Origin: Clostridia bacterium
GTDB lineage: Bacteria; Bacillota; Clostridia; UMGS1883; UMGS1540
DNA: 63,135 nucleotides
NCBI GenBank assembly: GCA_045577075.1
Contig: JAZNHR010000025.1
Location: forward strand, 1 to 63,135
Direction of reading: 5' to 3'
The translations under genes and the position numbers were made by a program. The notes beneath the pieces were generated by a model. That model saw only the letters and a program-made list of their open reading frames with translations. It searched no databases and was not told the origin of the DNA. Within the stretch, counting starts at the first letter, position 1. Each line of letters begins with the position of its first letter. Positions 54,513 to 63,135 of this stretch are shown piece by piece.

Positions 54513-56711
54513 TTATTGTATTTTTTCAAGCTTTGCGTACGTTGCCAGAAGGGTTTTCTTCCCGGCCGAAAGAAAGTTAATTTCAAGCTTTGTGTCATTA
54601 CCTACGGGCACGGCAGAAAGAATGGTACCTTCCCCGAACTTCTTATGGCGAACGGTATCGCCAGCCTTAAGGTCACACGCGGTGGCTTTAGGGGCAGGGG
54701 ATGCAAAGGAGACAATGGTTGTACCAAACTGTGCCGGCCGCACGCGGCGCGGTGTGACGGGGGGCAGGTCCACACTAAAGCTTTGCGCGCCTTCCTCCGC
54801 ATACAGCGTTTCGGGAATATCCAGCATAAAACGGGAAACCCGATTTCGCGTAGTGGTGCCCATAAGGGTGCGGGTTTGGGCGTGGGTAATATAGAGGTTT
54901 GATTTCGCTCTTGTCAGCGCCACATAGCAAAGGCGGCGTTCTTCTTCAATCTCCGCGCTTTCGTACACGGCACGGAAGGAGGGAAATACCCCCTCTTCAA
55001 AGCCGGCAAGAAAGACGGTGGGAAATTCCAGACCTTTTGCCGTATGAATGGTCATGAGCGTTACCATGTCCATATCCTCGTCGTAATCGTCCACGTCCGA
55101 AACGAGGGCGATGTTGTCCAGAAAATCGGTTAAAGAGGATACTTCCGCTTCTTTTTCATATTTAAGCCCTACGGACAAAAATTCCTGCAGATTTTCAAGC
55201 CGCGCCGCATCTTCCGGATTCTCCGGATTAAATTGCGCGGTATAATTGGTTTTTTCAAAAATCAGCTTAATCAGTGCCGTGATGGATATTTCGCCTATTT
55301 CTTTTCGGATTTCTTCTATCAGTTCCGAAAAGGCGTGCATTTTTGCCCAAGACGAGCCAACGGCAGACGCGAAGGCATCGCTGCGAATGACGCCGTAGAG
55401 GCTCATTTCGTTTTCTTCCGCAATCTGCATGGCGCGCCCTAAAGAAGTAGCTCCAATGCCGCGCTTCGGCTCGTTAATAATGCGGGAAAGACTCACCGTA
55501 TCGTCCGGGTTATGCACCGTGCGAAGGTATGCAATGATGTCCTTAATTTCTTTCGCATCATAGAAGCGGTGCCCTTTAATAATCTTATAGGGGACAGCGT
55601 TTAAAAGAAGCTGTTCTTCTATGGGACGGGACTGGACGTTCATGCGGTATAAAACAACCATATCGCTATAGGGAATCCCTTCCTGGCGATGGAGGCGGGC
55701 AAGCTCCGAGGCAATGTAGCTTGCCTCGTCATATTCCGTATTTGCGCGGTACTTTATAATTTTATTCCCTTCGCCGTTATCCGTCCAAAGGTGTTTACCG
55801 AGCCGCTCTGTGTTATGCGCGATGACCGCGTTTGCGGCATCAAGAATGTTCTGGGTGGAACGGTAGTTTTGCTCAAGACGGATGGTTTTGGCATCGGGGA
55901 AGGATTTTTCAAACTGTAAAATGTTTTGAATGTCGGCACCGCGGAATTTGTAGATACTCTGGTCCTCGTCACCGACCACGCAGAGATTTCTGTGCTTTTC
56001 GGCAAGAAGGCTGACAAGGCGGTACTGCACCGCGTTGGTGTCCTGATACTCATCAACATGAATGTACTTAAACTTGTTGCGGTAATATTCCAAGACTTCG
56101 GGACACTCCTCGAAAAGGCGTACCGTCAGGCACAAAAGGTCATCAAAGTCCACCGCGTTAAATTTTTTGAGGCTCGCCTGATATCGGGCATATACCTTGC
56201 AAAAGCCTTCCATGCGGAAGTTTCCCCGGTGAAATTCACTGTAGCTTTCAGGCGTCATCATTTCGTTCTTTGCAGCGGAAATGTTGGAAAGGCAGGCAGA
56301 TACGGTATAGGTTTTCTCGTCCAGATTTAACGCTTTCAGACATTCCTTAACCACTGCCTTCTGCTCTGCGGCATCGTAAATCGTAAAATCCGCACCGTAG
56401 CCGATTTTCTCGATGTCACGGCGCAAAAACCGAACACAAGCAGAGTGGAAGGTACGCGCCCAGATATAAGCTGCGTCCTCGCCAACAAGCGTCTGCAAGC
56501 GGTTTTTCATTTCTGCCGCCGCTTTATTCGTAAAGGTGATAGCCAGTATGTTTTGGGGATTGACATGCTTTTCGCTGATTAAATAGGCAATTCGGTAGGT
56601 AAGGACCCGGGTTTTGCCGCTGCCTGCACCTGCCAGAACTAAAAGGGGGCCTTCCGTCGTTGTCACAGCCTCGCATTGTACTCGATTTAGTTTTGTCAGT
56701 AAAGTATGCAT
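54513..56711 (-). CDS. pcrA: ATP-dependent DNA helicase PcrA (UvrD family)
   Basis: ATG 56711 (MHTLLTKLNRVQCEAV..AGAGSGKT) after GAGAGGA. Helicase motifs I-VI present. Confidence 0.93.
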   Translation of the reverse strand: MHTLLTKLNRVQCEAVTTTEGPLLVLAGAGSGKTRVLTYRIAYLISEKHVNPQNILAITFTNKAAAEMKNRLQTLVGEDAAYIWARTFHSACVRFLRRDIEKIGYGADFTIYDAAEQKAVVKECLKALNLDEKTYTVSACLSNISAAKNEMMTPESYSEFHRGNFRMEGFCKVYARYQASLKKFNAVDFDDLLCLTVRLFEECPEVLEYYRNKFKYIHVDEYQDTNAVQYRLVSLLAEKHRNLCVVGDEDQSIYKFRGADIQNILQFEKSFPDAKTIRLEQNYRSTQNILDAANAVIAHNTERLGKHLWTDNGEGNKIIKYRANTEYDEASYIASELARLHRQEGIPYSDMVVLYRMNVQSRPIEEQLLLNAVPYKIIKGHRFYDAKEIKDIIAYLRTVHNPDDTVSLSRIINEPKRGIGATSLGRAMQIAEENEMSLYGVIRSDAFASAVGSSWAKMHAFSELIEEIRKEIGEISITALIKLIFEKTNYTAQFNPENPEDAARLENLQEFLSVGLKYEKEAEVSSLTDFLDNIALVSDVDDYDEDMDMVTLMTIHTAKGLEFPTVFLAGFEEGVFPSFRAVYESAEIEEERRLCYVALTRAKSNLYITHAQTRTLMGTTTRNRVSRFMLDIPETLYAEEGAQSFSVDLPPVTPRRVRPAQFGTTIVSFASPAPKATACDLKAGDTVRHKKFGEGTILSAVPVGNDTKLEINFLSAGKKTLLATYAKLEKIQ

Positions 56712-56826
56712 AAAAGTCCTCTCTCGTAAACAGAAAAAGGGCTGACCACAATGCACTGACCACGTAAAGCATTTTGCTTTGCGCCTTTCTCGCCTTGTGA
56801 TGCAGCCCTTTATATATCTGTATTTT

Positions 56827-57771
56827 TTAGGCGTTCTTCTTTGCGATGGTTTCCAGTGCCTTTTCGGCGATGTTTTCAGCCGTCAGGCCGTACATCTTAA
56901 GAAGGGGAGCAGGCTTGCCGCTCTTGCCGAACTTATCCATGATACCGACGCGTGTGAGGGGTGTGGGTGCGTTTTCGGAAAGAACTTCTGCAACTGCACT
57001 GCCGAGACCGCCAATGATGTTGTGTTCTTCTGCGGTTACAACTGCACCCGTCTTCTTTGCACTCTTTGCAATCAGCTCTGCATCGATGGGCTTTATGGTG
57101 TGAATGTTGATAACTTCTGCAGAAACACCCTTTTCAGCCAGAATTTTGCCAGCTTCAATGGCTTCCTGTACCATAAGACCTGTTGCGATAATCGTAACGT
57201 CCGTACCTTCCGAAAGCACAATACCCTTGCCGAGCTCAAACTTGTAGTCAGCGGGGTCAAAAATCTGGGGAACGGAGAGACGGCCGAAACGGAGATAGAA
57301 GGGACCATCATTTTCGATTGCTGCCTGTACGGCTGCACGGGATTCCGTAGCATCCGCGGGGCTAATAACTGTCATGCCGGGCAGGGCACGCATTAAGGCA
57401 ATGTCTTCGATTGCCTGGTGCGTAGGACCGTCTTCACCAACGGAAATACCGGCATGGGTTGCGCCGATTTTTACGTTGAGCTTCGGGTAGCAAACTGCGT
57501 TACGAATCTGTTCAAAGGCTCTGCCGGATGCAAACACGGCAAAGGAACTTGCGAAAACCGTTTTGCCTGCGGCTGCGAGGCCTGCGGCAGTTGTCATCAT
57601 ATTCGCTTCTGCAATACCCATATTGAAAAAGCGTTCCGGAAATACCTTTTTAAAGGAATCGGTTTTGGTGGACTTGGAAAGGTCAGCATCCAAAACTACA
57701 AAATCATGTTTTGCGCCAAATTCGGCCAGCGCTTCACCGTATGCTTCTCTTGTCGCTTTTTTATCAGCCAT
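56827..57771 (-). CDS. transketolase, C-terminal (pyrimidine-binding) subunit
   Basis: 314 aa. YGEAL, FFNMGIAEANM. Confidence 0.92.
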   Translation of the reverse strand: MADKKATREAYGEALAEFGAKHDFVVLDADLSKSTKTDSFKKVFPERFFNMGIAEANMMTTAAGLAAAGKTVFASSFAVFASGRAFEQIRNAVCYPKLNVKIGATHAGISVGEDGPTHQAIEDIALMRALPGMTVISPADATESRAAVQAAIENDGPFYLRFGRLSVPQIFDPADYKFELGKGIVLSEGTDVTIIATGLMVQEAIEAGKILAEKGVSAEVINIHTIKPIDAELIAKSAKKTGAVVTAEEHNIIGGLGSAVAEVLSENAPTPLTRVGIMDKFGKSGKPAPLLKMYGLTAENIAEKALETIAKKNA

Positions 57772-57772
57772 T

Positions 57773-58597
57773 TTAGTTTCCTCCCAACTCTTTCATAGCA
57801 ATAGCGTATTCTTCATCGTTCGGTGCCTTGCCATGCCAGCCGGCCTGGCCTTCCATGTAGGAAACACCCTTGCCTTTGATACTCTTTGCGATAATCACGG
57901 TGGGCTTGCCCTTTGTTGCCTTTGCATTTGCAATCGCGGCTTCCAGAGAATCAAAGTCATGTGCGTCGGCCAAAACAACGTTCCAGCCAAAAGCTTCAAA
58001 TTTCTTATCAATGGGGGTGGGGTTCATAACCTTGGTGATGTCACCATCAATCTGCAGACCGTTAAAGTCAACAAAAGCGGTGAGGTTGTCAAGGCCGTAG
58101 TGTGCGGCAAACATAGCCGCTTCCCATACCTGACCTTCTTCGATTTCGCCGTCACCCAAAATGGAGTATACGCGATAATCCTTCTTATCAATTTTTGCAG
58201 CCAGCGCCATGCCGTTTGCGGCACAGATGCCCTGACCGAGGGAACCGCTGGACATATCAACGCCCGGAACACCCTTCATATCCGGATGACCTTCGAGGTA
58301 GCTGTCTACACTGCGGAAACCCTTGAGGTCTTCCACAGGGAAGTAGCCGCGTTCTGCAAGCGTGCCGTAAAGTGCAGGTGCACAGTGTCCCTTGGAAAGA
58401 ACGAAACGGTCACGGTCGGGATTTTTGGGATTTTTCGGGTCGATGTTCATAACATCAAAATACAAATAGGCCATAATGTCGGCAATACCCAGAGAGCCGC
58501 CCGGATGACCCGCGCCGGCACTGTGTACCTCCGTTACGATGTGCTGGCGGATATGATTGGCCTTTTCAGCCAGCATTTGTTTCTTGGAATTTTCCAA
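57773..58597 (-). CDS. transketolase, N-terminal (TPP-binding) subunit
   Basis: 274 aa. GAGHPGGSLG and LGDGEIEEGQVWEA. The start is either TTG 58597 or ATG 58576. Confidence 0.9.
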   Translation of the reverse strand: MENSKKQMLAEKANHIRQHIVTEVHSAGAGHPGGSLGIADIMAYLYFDVMNIDPKNPKNPDRDRFVLSKGHCAPALYGTLAERGYFPVEDLKGFRSVDSYLEGHPDMKGVPGVDMSSGSLGQGICAANGMALAAKIDKKDYRVYSILGDGEIEEGQVWEAAMFAAHYGLDNLTAFVDFNGLQIDGDITKVMNPTPIDKKFEAFGWNVVLADAHDFDSLEAAIANAKATKGKPTVIIAKSIKGKGVSYMEGQAGWHGKAPNDEEYAIAMKELGGN

Positions 58598-58656
58598 AAC
58601 TAACGCATCCTTTCAAATCTATATTTTACCGCCGTAAGGCGGAAGGAAACAAAGGG

Positions 58657-59043
58657 TTATATTTGTGTTTCGCAAAGGAAATCATAAACTTGTTCCAGAA
58701 GAAAGTCCAGTCTTTCCATGCGGTTTTCGAGATACAGGAAACCCACAAGTGCCTCAAGCCCTGTGGCATGGCGGTAGTGAATAACCTCCGCGTGCTTTGG
58801 GATTGTGGCGGATTTTGCATTTCTGCCGTGACGGAATACCTGCAATTCCTCTTCCGTTAAAAGAGGCGTAATATGCTGTATGGCATGAAACTGTGCCGCG
58901 GCACAAACAAGATGTGATGCTTTTTGGTGCAGGACATTTACCTTTGCAGGCTCGGCTTCAGAAAGCCGCTTTCGCATATAAAGTCCGTACACCGCGTCGC
59001 CCACAAAGGCGAGCGTAAGAGGTGCAGTTATGCTCTGTGCCAT
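58657..59043 (-). CDS. mrnC: Mini-ribonuclease 3
   Basis: 128 aa. [30 protein letters not shown]. Overlaps the cysS 3' end, as in other Firmicutes. Confidence 0.9.
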   Translation of the reverse strand: MAQSITAPLTLAFVGDAVYGLYMRKRLSEAEPAKVNVLHQKASHLVCAAAQFHAIQHITPLLTEEELQVFRHGRNAKSATIPKHAEVIHYRHATGLEALVGFLYLENRMERLDFLLEQVYDFLCETQI

Positions 59044-60401
59044 TTTACGCCCTCACGTGTATCTTCCAAAACAATGCCCATTTCAAGAAGCTGTGCGCGG
59101 ATTTCGTCCGCGCGAGCAAAGTCCTTATTCTTTCTGGCGGCCTGTCGTTCTTCGATGAGGGCCTCCACGGTTTCGTCCGCTTTTTCTTCCGTTCTGCCGG
59201 AAAGAAGACCTAAAATACCTGCCAGCTCTTCCAAAACAGAAAGGCAAGCCCCTGCGGCGTTTTCACCGCCGCCGTCGAGGAGAATGTTTATGGCGCGTGC
59301 CATTTCAAAAAGGGCGGCAATGGCGTCCGCAGTGTTTAAATCATCGTCCATGGCGCTAAGAAATTTTGCTTTCTTTTCCGCAATTTCTGCGGGCACTTCG
59401 CCGTCACCACCCGGGAGGGCGGCAAGACGCTCGCGAACGGTATAGAGCCTGTCAAGTCCCGTTTTTGCCGCTGCCATCAATTCATCGCTAAAGTTTATGG
59501 GACTGCGATAATGGGCGGAAAGCATGAAGAAACGGACAACCTCGGGGTCATATTTCGCCGTAATATCCCGAACAGTAAAGAAGTTGCCCTTGGATTTGGA
59601 CATTTTCACGTTGTCAATATTTATGTAGCCGTTATGCAGCCAGTACCGTGCAAAGGGCGCACCGTCATGGGCACATTCACTCTGGGCAATTTCATTTTCG
59701 TGGTGAGGGAAGATAAGGTCCTTGCCGCCGCTGTGAATATCAATAGTTTCTCCGAGGAATCTGCCTGCCATGGCGGAGCATTCAATATGCCAGCCCGGTC
59801 TTCCCATGCCCCAGGGGCTTTCCCATGCAATTTCGCTAGGGGCCTTGCGCTTTTTCCAAAGGGCAAAGTCGAGGGGGTCATCCTTCCGTTCATCCACGCT
59901 GATGCGCGCGCCGGAAACAAGGTCTTCGAGGGGCTGATGGCTAAGTTTTCCATATTCCTTAAATTTTTTCGTGGAAAAATAAACGTCGCCATCCACCTCG
60001 TAGGCGTACCCTTTTTCGATTAAATCGGCACAAAGCGCGATAATCGCGTCAATATTTTCCGTGGCACGCGGGTGATGCGTTGCCTTTTCAATGCCGAGAG
60101 CACCGGCGTCTTCAAAGTACGCGTCAATATATTTTTCTGCCAGCTCCGGTACGGTTGTTCCTTCCTCGAGTGCGCGGTTTATAAGCTTATCGTCTACATC
60201 CGTGAAATTCTGTACAAACGTCACCTTATATCCGAGATAACGGAAATAGCGGCGGAGTGTGTCAAACACAATAAAGGGACGTGCGTTGCCAATATGAAAA
60301 TAGTTGTAAACAGTCGGCCCGCAGGAGTACATTTTTACTTCTCCCGGGACGAGGGGCACAAACGTCTCTTTTTGCCTGGTCATGGTATTATAAAGCTGCA
60401 A
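59028..60401 (-). CDS. cysS: cysteine--tRNA ligase
   Basis: 457 aa. TTG start gives [16 protein letters not shown] and KMSKS motifs. Confidence 0.95.
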   Translation of the reverse strand: MQLYNTMTRQKETFVPLVPGEVKMYSCGPTVYNYFHIGNARPFIVFDTLRRYFRYLGYKVTFVQNFTDVDDKLINRALEEGTTVPELAEKYIDAYFEDAGALGIEKATHHPRATENIDAIIALCADLIEKGYAYEVDGDVYFSTKKFKEYGKLSHQPLEDLVSGARISVDERKDDPLDFALWKKRKAPSEIAWESPWGMGRPGWHIECSAMAGRFLGETIDIHSGGKDLIFPHHENEIAQSECAHDGAPFARYWLHNGYINIDNVKMSKSKGNFFTVRDITAKYDPEVVRFFMLSAHYRSPINFSDELMAAAKTGLDRLYTVRERLAALPGGDGEVPAEIAEKKAKFLSAMDDDLNTADAIAALFEMARAINILLDGGGENAAGACLSVLEELAGILGLLSGRTEEKADETVEALIEERQAARKNKDFARADEIRAQLLEMGIVLEDTREGVKWHRA

Positions 60402-60430
60402 GGTACACCGTTCCTTTCAAAATATAAACA

Positions 60431-60467
60431 CACAAAAAGCCTTGCCCTGTAAAAAACTTACGGGCAA
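60431..60467 (-). promoter_or_regulatory. terminator-like hairpin inside the cysS leader
   Basis: Minus strand: UUGCCCGUAA-GUUUU-UUAC(A)GGGCAA followed by GGCUUUUUGUGUG. Lies about 12 nt downstream of the predicted TSS. Confidence 0.5.
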
Positions 60468-60485
60468 TGCTATTTTTACCTATTT

Positions 60486-60514
60486 ATTGTACCACATGGC
60501 GGTCTTAAAGTCAA
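60486..60514 (-). promoter_or_regulatory. sigma-A promoter upstream of cysS
   Basis: Minus strand: TTGACT (60514-60509), 17-nt spacer, TACAAT (60491-60486). Confidence 0.65.
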
Positions 60515-60584
60515 ACTTTTTTTAAAGTCGCGAATGGAATTTTAGAAAATTGACATACTAGTCACGAGGAAAGGAGTGATTTTT

Positions 60585-61184
60585 GTGAAATTTCTTATGG
60601 TTTTATGCGCGGTTTTGATGCTTGGCGGCTGTAATATGACAAAGGATGATATTCCGATGCCCTCGGAAATGCCCACCATCAATCCTTCTGCGATTCCTTC
60701 CATTCTCCCTTCGGCAACACCTTCGGCGACGGAAAGCCCCGTCGCCCTCGGCGTTTTTATAACCGAAATTTTAGATACAACCCCCGCTCGCGTCCATAAC
60801 CTGCAAATTTGCGCCGGCGTTTTAAACGGCATGGAGATAGCACCCGGGGCAGAATTCTCGTTTAACGGCGCTGTGGGAGAGCGAACACGGGAAAAAGGCT
60901 ACGAAGAAGCGAGCATTTTGGTAGAGGGGAAGCGTGAAATGGCGATAGGCGGCGGCCTGTGCCAAATCAGCAGTACAATTTTTAATGCCGCAGAGGCTGC
61001 AGGGATGGAAATTCTGGAACGCCATGACCACACGGGTGAGGTTTACTATGTGGAGGTGGGGCGTGATGCCGCCATTTCCTTTGGAGAACAGGATTTTCGC
61101 TTTCGCAATACGCGAAACACCCCTGTTCGTATGGAGATTTCGGTAGAAAACACCCAGGTGCGTGCCGCATTGTTTGCAGTATAG
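60585..61184 (+). CDS. VanW family protein (lipoprotein)
   Basis: GTG 60585, 8 nt after AGGAG, gives MKFLMVLCAVLMLGGC lipobox. Motifs GGGLCQISSTIFNAA and HTGEVYYV. Confidence 0.85.
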   Translation: MKFLMVLCAVLMLGGCNMTKDDIPMPSEMPTINPSAIPSILPSATPSATESPVALGVFITEILDTTPARVHNLQICAGVLNGMEIAPGAEFSFNGAVGERTREKGYEEASILVEGKREMAIGGGLCQISSTIFNAAEAAGMEILERHDHTGEVYYVEVGRDAAISFGEQDFRFRNTRNTPVRMEISVENTQVRAALFAV

Positions 61185-61241
61185 CGGCTATACTTAGCAG
61201 AAAGCCCCCTTTTGTCATATACTGGCAAGGGGTGATTTTTT

Positions 61242-61724
61242 ATGCCGGCTGTGCAAGAATATGACAGACGAAAAGCAGTCCGGTATGCGGAAAAGTGGGC
61301 ATACAGCAGAAATCCTGCCTATTATGATTTTTCCGCTATCGGGGGAGACTGCACAAACTTTATATCCCAGTGCCTTTATGCTGGAAGCGGCGTTATGAAC
61401 TATACGCCCGAGGTGGGGTGGTACTATAGAAACCTCAATGACCGTTCTCCCTCCTGGACGGGGGTGCCGTTTTTATACGCATTTTTAGTGCATAATACGA
61501 TCCGTGGGCCGTATGCCGTCAAAACGGAAAAAGAAAACATGACACTCGGCGATGTGATTCAGCTCGGAAACGGGGAGCGGTTTTACCATTCTTTGCTTGT
61601 AACGGGGATTGAAGACGGCCGCATTTATGTGGCGGCACATACGTTTAATGCCTTTATGCGGCCTTTAGACAGCTACACATTTTCCGAGGCGCGCTATTTG
61701 CATATTGAAGGTGTATATGTGTAA
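61242..61724 (+). CDS. putative amidase domain protein (Amidase_6-like)
   Basis: 160 aa. Motifs YAEKWAYSRNPAYYDFS..GGDCTNFISQCLYAG and HSLLVTG. Confidence 0.8.
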   Translation: MPAVQEYDRRKAVRYAEKWAYSRNPAYYDFSAIGGDCTNFISQCLYAGSGVMNYTPEVGWYYRNLNDRSPSWTGVPFLYAFLVHNTIRGPYAVKTEKENMTLGDVIQLGNGERFYHSLLVTGIEDGRIYVAAHTFNAFMRPLDSYTFSEARYLHIEGVYV

Positions 61725-61728
61725 AAAA

Positions 61729-61764
61729 CACGAAAGACTCGCCCCTATGGACGAGTCTTTCGTG
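61729..61764 (-). terminator. intrinsic terminator, oriented for the minus-strand dac gene
   Basis: 13-bp stem CACGAAAGACTCG/CGAGTCTTTCGTG. The T-run is present only on the minus strand. Confidence 0.6.
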
Positions 61765-61787
61765 AGAAAAATGAAAAAGAATTGGTT

Positions 61788-61812
61788 GGTGGGATATATC
61801 TCCCACGCTTTT
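61788..61812 (+). terminator. intrinsic terminator, oriented for the plus-strand amidase gene
   Basis: GTGGGA-TATATC-TCCCAC followed by GCTTTTT. Confidence 0.5.
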
Positions 61813-61869
61813 TACTTTACCATAGATTTATGTCCTGACTATAAGGATTTTTTGAATAAATTGTGAACT

Positions 61870-63048
61870 TTATGCCGCACACCAGCGGCAGAGTAGCTCT
61901 GTAAGGATATTTCCAAAAGACTTTTTCGGAATACTTTCCGCGGCAACAAGTGGTACCTCGCCCAAAATCTCTTCGCCAACATGAAAAATTACTTTTCCTG
62001 CCGGGTCGCCTTCTTTCACCGGAGCCGAAAGACATTCTGCGGCTTCTATCCGCGTTTCCACGCGGGATTGCTTTGCTTTTTCCAAAAGTACAGAAAATGC
62101 CGCACCACAGCGCAAGGGGACATCGGTACGTATGCCTTTTTCTACTCTTGTGATGTAAACGGGTGTTTCGGTATCAGTTGTTTTGGCGATAGAATAGGTG
62201 GCAAAGCCGAAGTCCAGAAGGGCTCGTGCACTGTCAAACCGTTCCTTTGTGGAAGGCGCACCCATAATAACGGCGATGAGCTGCATATCGTCCCGCTTGG
62301 CAGTTGCGGACAGGCAGTACAGCGCGCCGTTTGTCGAGCCCGTTTTCAGCCCGTTTGCGCCGTCATAAAACCGAATCAGCTTATTCGTGTTGGCAAGACC
62401 AAATGCGCCGCCGCGGAGACTATCAACCCAAATGGTGGTAAATTCAAAAATACGCTCGTGCTTTAAAAGTTCGCGGCTCATAAGGGCGATGTCGTAGGCA
62501 CTTGTGACGTGTCCGTCTGCATCTAGGCCGTTGCAGTTGACAAAATGGGTGTTTTGCATGCCTAAGGATGCTGCCCGTTCATTCATTTGCCGGACAAACT
62601 CCGCTTCGCTCCCGGCTAAATGCTCCGCCATGGCAACGCAGGCGTCGTTTCCTGAGGCGACGGCAATGCCCTTCATCAGGTCGTATACCGTCATTTGCTC
62701 TCCCGTGTCGAGAAAAATGGTGGAGCCGCCCATGCGCTTTGCGTTTTCACTGGCAGTAACTACCGTATCAAACGTAATCTGCCCGTTGTCAATGGCCTCC
62801 ATAATCAGAAGCATCGTCATAATTTTCGTAACAGACGCCGGCGGCATTGCCTCATGGATATTTTGCTCAAAAAGAATTCGCCCCGTGGACGCCTCCATTA
62901 AAAGGGCAGACTTGGCACTTATCGAAAGGGCTGGTGTATCCGCCATGGCGGGACATGCAGGGACAATCAATATGCCGCAAAGCAGCAGAGATAAAAATTT
63001 TTTCAAAAAACAGGCCTCCAATCCGGCAAAAGAAATACCTTTTGCCAT
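61870..63048 (-). CDS. D-alanyl-D-alanine carboxypeptidase (PBP5/DacB/DacF type)
   Basis: 392 aa with signal peptide. Motifs SVTK, SGN and KTG, plus a C-terminal PBP5_C domain. Confidence 0.9.
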   Translation of the reverse strand: MAKGISFAGLEACFLKKFLSLLLCGILIVPACPAMADTPALSISAKSALLMEASTGRILFEQNIHEAMPPASVTKIMTMLLIMEAIDNGQITFDTVVTASENAKRMGGSTIFLDTGEQMTVYDLMKGIAVASGNDACVAMAEHLAGSEAEFVRQMNERAASLGMQNTHFVNCNGLDADGHVTSAYDIALMSRELLKHERIFEFTTIWVDSLRGGAFGLANTNKLIRFYDGANGLKTGSTNGALYCLSATAKRDDMQLIAVIMGAPSTKERFDSARALLDFGFATYSIAKTTDTETPVYITRVEKGIRTDVPLRCGAAFSVLLEKAKQSRVETRIEAAECLSAPVKEGDPAGKVIFHVGEEILGEVPLVAAESIPKKSFGNILTELLCRWCAA

Positions 63049-63135
63049 TTTGGTAGTATCCTATTCGCCCATGCCTGTATTTATGCCCTGGGGTGTGCTT
63101 TTTTATATACGTCTATAATTTTGTTTTCTACAATT

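Noticed and set aside
54144-54902. 252-aa plus-strand ORF spanning the mgtE start, leader and pcrA 3' end; also the 91-aa minus-strand ORF 54323-54598
   Set aside because: It crosses a promoter, a terminator and two real genes. There is no RBS and the composition is not coding-like. The region is better explained as an RNA leader plus terminator.
56779-58603. 205-aa and 346-aa plus-strand ORFs
   Set aside because: Antisense shadows of the two transketolase subunit genes.
60402-60584. T-box leader upstream of cysS
   Set aside because: The leader is only about 80 nt, with no T-box sequence (AANNNGGGUGGUACCGCG-like) or specifier domain.
62504-63118. 204-aa plus-strand ORF
   Set aside because: Antisense to the DD-carboxypeptidase gene.

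Overview
63.1-kb chromosomal segment from an endospore-forming, Clostridia-type Firmicute (taxonomy inferred from gene content; mid-range GC by eye). It carries housekeeping and sporulation genes and no rRNA, CRISPR array, transposase, integrase or phage genes. Sporulation and germination genes: yabP-yabQ-divIC-yabR, sigH, spoIIAA-spoIIAB-sigF, a gerA-type A-C-B germinant receptor operon and a DacB/DacF-like carboxypeptidase. Central metabolism: aconitase, pyruvate kinase, GAPDH, split transketolase and a membrane pyrophosphatase. Cell wall and replication: FHA-FtsW/RodA-PBP2, LCP, dnaE, pcrA. Transport: BMP-type nucleoside ABC system with xpt, Na/Pi cotransporter, mgtE. RNA genes: five tRNAs (Met, Glu, Thr, Tyr, Gly), RNase P RNA, and a roughly 610-nt promoter-driven structured non-coding RNA directly upstream of a small 4-TM protein gene and dxs-tlyA. 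I interpret that RNA as OLE-class with its oapA partner, and it is the most unusual element in the window. Other items worth follow-up: five DnaA boxes between the spoIIA operon and a divergent gene; a roughly 200-nt structured mgtE leader with a terminator/RBS-sequestering hairpin that does not resemble an M-box; an internally deleted nagB relic serving as the hppA leader; tRNA-Gly starting one nucleotide after the sigH stop codon, followed by a degenerate tRNA-like element; and a terminator-like hairpin in the short cysS leader. All calls rest on reading the sequence and the ORF track; no searches were run.
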